Made by a program: the position numbers and the translations under genes. Of a stretch of 64,000 nucleotides of DNA, positions 56,362 through 64,000 are shown piece after piece (positions within the stretch are counted from its first letter, which is position 1; each line of letters starts with the position of its first letter). The notes under the pieces are model-generated. The model saw only the letters and a list, made by a program, of their open reading frames with translations. It ran no database searches and had not been told where the DNA came from. The DNA comes from Chrysomallon squamiferum (taxonomy: Eukaryota > Animalia > Mollusca): contig CM022666.1 of NCBI GenBank assembly GCA_012295275.1, positions 7,006,001 to 7,070,000 of the forward strand, read 5' to 3'.

Positions 56362-56673
56362 ATCTTAGTTTCTTAACAGAACAAAGTGTTTAATAACTAA
56401 ATACTTACACACTTTTAAATTCATTTTTGAAACAGAACCAAGTGTTTAATAATGAAAGAAATTCATTTTTTAAACATTTAACAATGACAAATTTAATTTT
56501 AAATCCTAGTTTCTGAAGAAAAAAAAACCGTATTTTTTCACTGCCATTATCAAACTTTACATTTTATGTTTCATTTTCTAATCTATTCTTATTACTTTTT
56601 CAAATCCAGCTTTCTGTGTATCACTTTTGAAATAATTTTTTTTGTTCCATAAACAAGACAAAATGTTCTCAGA
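56362..56673. repeat. ~310-bp intronic repeat, copy B (direct copy of 49744-50035, with an internal ~45-bp duplication)
   Basis: See copy A. The acagaac..agtgtttaataa block appears twice in this copy. Confidence 0.85.
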
Positions 56674-56979
56674 AAGTACAAATACAAACATATGTAACTG
56701 TGTGTGTATATGTGTGTGCAGGGGAGGGAAAGATTGTGTGTGTTTGTGAGTATATGTCTGTTTTAGTATGTTTTTGAGTGTCTTTGTGTAAGTATGTCTG
56801 TATCTTTGTGTGTGTGTGTATGTGTGTGTGTGTGTGTGTGTGTGTTTTTTCTACATTTTTCATAGCAGATGGCTGTACATATTTCAATGTTTGGATGAGC
56901 AACTGTGTGTGTGTGTCTGAATGTGCTTGTCTGTGTGCATTCATTTGTGAATGTATGCTTATGAATGTGTCCATTTCTA

Positions 56980-57252
<273 letters not shown>

Positions 57253-57537
57253 TTAAAATTTACAACACAATTTTTAAAGTTGTATTCTAACTAAAACACT
57301 GCTAAATAAAATGATAAAAGAGATAATTTATAATTTATCTTCATTAATAAAAACTGATTCACCTGTTTTTAAAAATATTCAACAAAACTAAAAGTCATAA
57401 AAGACTGAGCCAACAGGTTTTTTTTGTTGGTTTATTTTTTTTTTTTACAAACTTTTTCAAGTTCTGGTCATATATATTTTTATGAAAGAAAGAAGACGGT
57501 GTATCACATGATAGGTGCAAAGTAAAATTCTTAGTTA

Positions 57538-57777
<240 letters not shown>

Positions 57778-57848
57778 TTAAAATTATTTTATAACGATCA
57801 ACAATTACAAAAACAAGATTAAAACAGTAACATCCCAAAATTTCATAC

Positions 57849-57986
57849 CTTCGTGTTTTTAAGTATGAGGGCATCAGTTTTGTTGTTTTTGATGAGAAAC
57901 TGGAGATGAATGTAGATTGTTGTTTCACCTCCAAGTATTGTCAACAGTTTCATGATTTTGTCCTGTAGTTCCTTGTCAACTGAAGA
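57849..57986 (-). CDS. PSMD1: PSMD1 exon SSVDKELQDKIMKLLTILGGETTIYIHLQFLIKNNKTDALILKNTK, 138 nt
   Basis: GT-AG bounded. HLQFLIxNNxTD is conserved. Confidence 0.95.
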
Positions 57987-58140
57987 CTGCAACAGAAACT
58001 TTAACTTTCAGAACTTGGATTTAAACATTTTTTTAGTTCCTGGAAGTGTCCATTGAGTATTATTTTGTGTTTTGTCACTACTGTATGTGTTTTATATATT
58101 TCTCTGTTTATGTACATAAGAGAGACAGAGAGAAAGGGGG

Positions 58141-58204
<64 letters not shown>

Positions 58205-58520
58205 TGTGTGGGTTTATATATATTATGCATATCTCTATATTCATGTCAAAGATATATATATATACAAGTACATGTTTATACATGTTATGTGTGTGTATGT
58301 ATTCATACTCATGTATAAATATATAGGAATAAAACTGAATTTAATAAACATGTATCAATTTTAACAGAACAATCAAACAATTAATAACAACAGATTTTGA
58401 TAACAGGCAATAAAAAAAATAAAAAATAAATAAATAACAAAAGATATTTCTTTCTTTTCAAAGAACAACAAAAAACAAATAATTAAACATTAAAGCTCAG
58501 TAAAGAACTATCCTGCTCAC

Positions 58521-58541
58521 CACGCTTGGTAAAGTGTGAAT
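58521..58541 (-). CDS. PSMD1: Candidate 21-nt frame-preserving PSMD1 microexon (IHTLPSV)
   Basis: T-rich tract, then cctcag|ATTCACACTTTACCAAGCGTG|gtgagc. Phase 0/0 matches the host intron, with no stop. No homology support. Confidence 0.35.
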
Positions 58542-59035
58542 CTGAGGTATAATCTTCAATCAAATAAAAAAATATAAAAAAGTTAAATATTCCATTCCTA
58601 AATTTATTTATTTTTGTAAGAATTAAAAAGTGTTTTATATGACACACTTGTCAACACATTAAAACTAACAATGACACGAGAAAATAACCATGCCACTCTT
58701 TCTGGATTAGCAGCAAGTTAAATTTTACTATCACCTTCCTATAAACAGGAAAGAACATACTAGGTACTGAGGAAAAGAGAGAGATGCCAAGTGGGAACAA
58801 CCTGAGGATATTTAAGTTTCTAAACAATTTTGTTCTGGGGTGGATCTGATTCTTGTTCTGGGGTGGATCTGAGTATTCTCCACCTAGAATATTTTATACT
58901 TATAGTAATTTTTTTTTTTACTGATAAAAATTCAATTTATAATCAGCTAGATTTTATTATTATCTAACTGTAAAAAAAATTCAGATTAAGACCAACACTG
59001 ATACAAAAACTCTATTGTTATTAATACTGACTCAC

Positions 59036-59102
59036 CAAAATTGTGGCAGTTGGTGCCTTAGTTGTTAAAGGAGCAGTAGTGGTCTCATCTACATCCATTT
59101 CA
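59036..59102 (-). CDS. PSMD1: PSMD1 exon (S)EMDVDETTTAPLTTKAPTATIL, 67 nt (variable disordered loop)
   Basis: ttttcag acceptor and gtgagt donor. It is required to restore phase (2 to 0) between its neighbours. Confidence 0.88.
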
Positions 59103-59666
59103 CTGAAAACATAATAAACATAAACTTATACAGTGTGGTTTACAGTCATGAATATTAACATACAAAACTCAACAAATAACAGTGCTGACTGCTGAAGTAT
59201 ACTGAATGTTTGATGCCAAAGACTGAAGAACTGATCCCATTAGCTGTTCTCAGAATCTGAAACAGAATATGAGCTCTTGTGTTAGGAGACAAAACCTTCC
59301 TTGACGAGATCTTGTATGCAATGGCACCTTGAAAGCACAAGCACCTATCCTTTTTCCAATACCATTTTTAATGTACATTTAATAAATCTACATAATTAAT
59401 ACCACAAGGTAAAATTCACTGATGTACTTAGGATGAAATAATATTTTTCAAATTTAATCCATACACCAAGACAGGCACCATTCTCTAAAAAAAAATAAAA
59501 TAAACTATAGTACAAGCAAATGTTACTGGACTGTTGAAGAAGTGACACTAAAACCCCTAGATTCTGTTATGACTTATAATATTTTCACTACTGGTAAAAG
59601 TGACACCAAATGATGACTATTATCTGCAATCACTGACGATATCAAATACGTTAAAAATGATCAAAC

Positions 59667-59875
59667 CTTTCTTTAGCTTCTTCCTTCTCCTTCTCTTTCT
59701 CGCCTTCCTTCTTTTCTTCTTCTTTCATTTCTTTGGCAGGTGTTTCAGGTTTCTTGGCTTCGGGGATGGGAACAGGTGAGGACACTTTGAGCGCAGTCTG
59801 AACTCGCTGTAGAAACTGCTGTGTGGCACTCTCGTACAGGTCAAAGGCAATCTGGTATGCCATCAGCACTGAGTC
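59667..59875 (-). CDS. PSMD1: PSMD1 exon DSVLMAYQIAFDLYESATQQFLQRVQTALKVSSPVPIPEAKKPETPAKEMKEEEKKEGEKEKEKEEAKE(S), 209 nt
   Basis: LMAYQIxFDLYESAxQQFL is conserved. Acceptor is aag, donor gtttga. Confidence 0.93.
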
Positions 59876-59899
59876 CTTAACATCCCAAATTAAACACAC

Positions 59900-60150
59900 A
59901 GAAAATTATTTCACTATTACCAAGTAGAAAATTACAGTCTATACTTGCAAATATTTATATACCTGATTGTTTCAAATTAAAAACTTTGAAAATTATTTTA
60001 CTAATGCATACATAGAACTGTGTTAAATAGAAAATTACAAAATCTACATTATTGCGAATATTTATTAATCCTGACTGTTTCAAATTATTTCACTAAAGCA
60101 TTCACAGAACTGGTTAAGTAGAAAATTACACATTCTTGCAAATATTTATT
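59900..60150. repeat. Degenerate ~90-105-bp tandem repeat, about 3 copies
   Basis: tagaaaattaca...ttgc.aatatttat recurs near 59925, 60028 and 60119. Confidence 0.75.
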
Positions 60151-60546
60151 AAAATATATTTAAATCTTTATGAAAATACAATGGAACAAGAATATGCATA
60201 ATTTCATTACAGATATTAAGTGACTATGTTAATATACTCTAATAATAATTCGGAAACTAAACAAATCAAATTAAATTAAAATTCAGATTATTGCTGATTT
60301 AATTCACTGCTTTTTACAAATCAAGTCTCATTATATATGATCATTTTATTTATTTATTTAAAAAAAACAAAAAACATGATCATTTTCAATGGCACTCAGC
60401 CCCAAGATGGCATAGACAATAAGTATTTTCTGACAAATTAAAAAAATATATATATTTTATTTATTTCACTCTACACACATTAGTATTTAAAAGAGGAATC
60501 AAAATGTTTTCTAAGAAATACAGACATTAAAAAAATGTAAACACAC

Positions 60547-60615
60547 CTCATCCCCTCCAATCAGCTTGACCAAGATGTCTGCTACAGATTTTGGATCATC
60601 AAGAAATATATAACA
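60547..60615 (-). CDS. PSMD1: PSMD1 exon CYIFLDDPKSVADILVKLIGGDE, 69 nt
   Basis: GT-AG bounded. IFLDDP is conserved. Confidence 0.95.
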
Positions 60616-60652
60616 CTAGAAAAAAAATAATTAAAAATTAAAAAATAAAATA

Positions 60653-60683
<31 letters not shown>

Positions 60684-61043
60684 AAATGAAGATAAACTTT
60701 TGAAACAAGAGAACTAGTATGTTGTGTATGATGACATTTCTTTAGATTATTAGCCAAAACATACAAAATAATTAACCTAAGATGGTGATATACAAGACTG
60801 AAGATATCCTGCCTATAATATTCTTTCTTCGTGATTTTTTTTTATTTTTTTTTTCAGTTTTATTTTTTTTTTTTTTTTTTTAAATAAAAAGAAAATCATT
60901 TTGTTTAAGATTCAACTATGAAAGATCACAAAAATAATAAATTTTGAACCTCTATAAGTAAAATTTCAACATTTGTTCTTATATTATACAGACTTTATTA
61001 GGAGTAAAGACTGTTCATCAAAACAATCTGTTGTTTATAATAC

Positions 61044-61187
61044 CTCACAAACATTGATGTAATCTGGTGTCTCTAGGTTCATGTACAGTTTTGTAAGGAC
61101 ATTGAGGATCGTATTGCGAAACTGTCTGTTCTGAATAAGAGCCATGCAAACTCGCAGAGCATAGGACAACATTCCTGGAATATCATC
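61044..61187 (-). CDS. PSMD1: PSMD1 exon [48 protein letters not shown], 144 nt
   Basis: GT-AG bounded. Aligns to human [24 protein letters not shown]. Confidence 0.95.
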
Positions 61188-61681
61188 CTAAAAAATTTGA
61201 AAAAATAAAACACCAATGTAAAATAAAATAATAATTTATTAATTATAAAATAAAGTGAATAATAATAATAATAATAAATTTAATAAAAATAAAAATGTAT
61301 TTCAAATAACATTAATAATTTATTAAAAATGAAATGAATATTAGTATTAAAATGATGAATGATTTATTAAAAATAAAATGAATAATAAGTTATATAATAA
61401 TAGAAAGATAAGTACAGGATGAATAGTAATAACAATGATTTTTATAAATACAAAATGAATAACAGCTATAAGATCATTAATAATAACAACAAAAGCAATA
61501 ATAAATATAAATATTTCTTAGGTAACATTTCAGATATTACTGATAAATGTAGCAATTTTTTTACAAATATTTATTTTCTGTTGCCTGACAGTTCTAAAAG
61601 TACAGACATGAAGAAATCAGTAACTGAAACTTTATACAGATACAAAAAATGTCAGATAAACCATAAAGAACATCAACATAC

Positions 61682-61744
61682 CGACATCAGAATAGATTTT
61701 TCAAAAATATCAATTCTTCTCGTCTCCAGAGATATTCCTAAAGC
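61682..61744 (-). CDS. PSMD1: PSMD1 exon ALGISLETRRIDIFEKSILMS, 63 nt
   Basis: GT-AG bounded. GIxLETRRxD is conserved. Confidence 0.95.
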
Positions 61745-62164
61745 CTGTAAAAATTAATTAATTTAAAAAATATAGTCAAGATAAAATAAAAAATGTGTGT
61801 GTGAGTGATTATAATTATTATTATTATTATAATTACATATCTGTATATATGTATGTACATACTGATAAAAAAAATATTTTTCAAAAATAGTTACTGATAA
61901 CATGTAATTTACATTCTGAGGACCATTCTAACCATTTAGCAATAAGCATCATTTGAAAGCTCCTTCCCATACACATGAAAGCAAGTATCAATCTAATAAT
62001 TAACCTTCTTTAGGTCTCTATAGCACCCTGAGAATAAATAGTAAATTTTAACTGAATAAACAACTGGATTATACTCACTTGCTTTGTTTGTGATCTAATT
62101 GCTTCATCATTAAATTAAAAACTGTTTTCTGTTCAGTTAGGTTTTTTAAGAAGTTTTATTCTAC

Positions 62165-62307
62165 CTGTTTGTACTGGCAGTCGTCAAAACAACGCTTGAA
62201 CATGCGGTTGACGACTGCCTCCAGTCGACTGTCAATCGGCTTCCTGTCCTCCTCACTGCTCTCAGCGTTTTCAACACACAGCTTTGTGTAATGATCAATA
62301 CATTTAG
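62165..62307 (-). CDS. PSMD1: PSMD1 exon (A)[47 protein letters not shown], 143 nt
   Basis: GT-AG bounded. AKCIDHYTK is conserved. Confidence 0.96.
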
Positions 62308-62928
62308 CTGAAACAGCAGATTTTTTAAACAGCATGTGTAGATATGTATGTGCATAATATATATGAGTTTGTGTATATATATATACTATTTAAAAAAAAT
62401 CTATATCTATGTGCAAACTGATATAGACTTTTTTAAATACTATATTTATATATATATATATATATATATATAAATATATTTAAATATATGTGTGCATACA
62501 TTTTTTATTATTGTTATTTTTTAAAAGCAAATAATGTGTTAATTTTTTTCTTCAAAAACTACATTCAAACAGTGTAAAATATTTTCAGATAATATTTCAA
62601 ATATAAAAAGAAAGAATTATAAAAATAATAATTTTAAAAAAAAAGAAGAAGAAAAACAGAATTAAAATAACATCATAACACTACTTCATCTTCAGGCATG
62701 GGTTGCTTAAGCTATAGTTTTTTAAAAAACATAATTTAATGGTAATCTAACATTAATGTAAAACAATATGAAAATTTAAAAAATCACAACATGAAATAAT
62801 GCAACAGTGGAAAAATATACCCAAAATTTTTTTAATTAAAAAATTGGGCTAAAACGACAACAAAATGAAGCTGAAATTATTTATCTTTATTTAAATTTTT
62901 AAGACTGTCAGAAGGTTCAGGTGCATAC

Positions 62929-63034
62929 CAATGGTTGTTTCAACAAATTCTGATGTGTCATTCACGTTGAAGAGATCACCAGCACCAAGGGCATAAGTCA
63001 GAGATTCTTCAAAAGCTCCAAGGTGGTAATACAC
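62929..63034 (-). CDS. PSMD1: PSMD1 exon [35 protein letters not shown](A), 106 nt
   Basis: GT-AG bounded, near-identical to human. Confidence 0.97.
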
Positions 63035-63264
63035 CTGAAAAACAGTTACATTTTAAAAAATGTTTACCTTTAAACAAAACTTACAGCATTGCATTTGAAC
63101 ATATTTTACATCAATAGGGAAACTGCCCTAAGATTTTATTCTTATATATGTGTATACAGGCTGTTAGGCAAGTAGAAAAGGCAGGCAGGGAGGGAGGTAG
63201 TGAGAGACAGAGAGTCAGAGAGATGGATAGAGATAGATAAAGAGACAGATATGAAAAGAAATAC

Positions 63265-63372
<108 letters not shown>

Positions 63373-63499
63373 TATTATATATATTTATCAACCTATTAAT
63401 GACTGTATTATGTAAATATATATTCATCAACCAAATCAACTGATATTAAATTGTATATATTTATCAACCCTTTAATATGACTATATATTTATATCAAAC

Positions 63500-63563
63500 C
63501 TTTGATGCAACGAGTGCTGCCATCTGTCTGTGTTTGAAACTCTGATCTTCATACAGAACCTCT
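63500..63563 (-). CDS. PSMD1: PSMD1 exon (I)EVLYEDQSFKHRQMAALVASK, 64 nt; the first ~45 codons lie beyond the window end
   Basis: GT-AG bounded. EVLYED and AALVASK are conserved. Confidence 0.96.
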
Positions 63564-64000
63564 CTGAAAAATTCAAAACATTACTAAACATATTTCTCAG
63601 TATTATAAATATGCAGAAAAGGAAACGACGTTTACGTTTAACACAAGAAAAATATTGTATGAAACGGTGTGTGCAAATGTCTTGCTGAACTGGTATTATT
63701 AATAAAACTAGACTTATGGAAAGTATCTGGGATTATCTTAAATGGCTGATACTATACATCTATTCAGACTTATGCTAAGGTGTCTGACAATATTTTACTG
63801 AGCTGATATCTAGGAATATGTTTCTTGGCTAATAGTGTATAAAACATTATTATGGGGACATCTTACAGAGTTGGTCTAATTCAAAATATTAAACAAATCA
63901 CATGCAGGTACACAATGTAATATTAATACAGCACCAGTGAGAAAACAAGGGAAATCTCGAATGTTTCAAAATGACTGCTATTAATTTTGTTAACAGATAC

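Overview
AT-rich, microsatellite-dense animal genomic DNA. The intron-rich gene structure and receptor sequence look like an invertebrate, probably a lophotrochozoan/mollusc (inference). Two real genes are present, on opposite strands. (1) PSMD1/Rpn2 (26S proteasome non-ATPase subunit 1), minus strand: 18 GT-AG exons from 63563 down to 47847 that splice in phase and cover roughly human residues 46-628. One exon carries an apparent 1-nt frameshift near 53757, and there is a candidate 21-nt microexon. No further PSMD1 exon was found between 47846 and base 1. (2) The 2045-bp terminal coding exon (TM3 to stop, ~440-aa third intracellular loop) of a 5-HT2-type serotonin receptor, plus strand, 28643-30687. 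The receptor therefore appears nested antisense inside a >47.8-kb PSMD1 intron. This seems to be the intron position that hosts HTR2B in human PSMD1, suggesting a very ancient nested gene pair. The rest is intronic: a 704-bp pogo/Tigger-like MITE, a 125-bp inverted repeat pair 5 kb apart, a minisatellite with higher-order structure, several decaying tandem arrays and many microsatellites. Nearly all other ORFs in the track are simple-repeat artefacts. All coordinates were read by eye, with no database searches.
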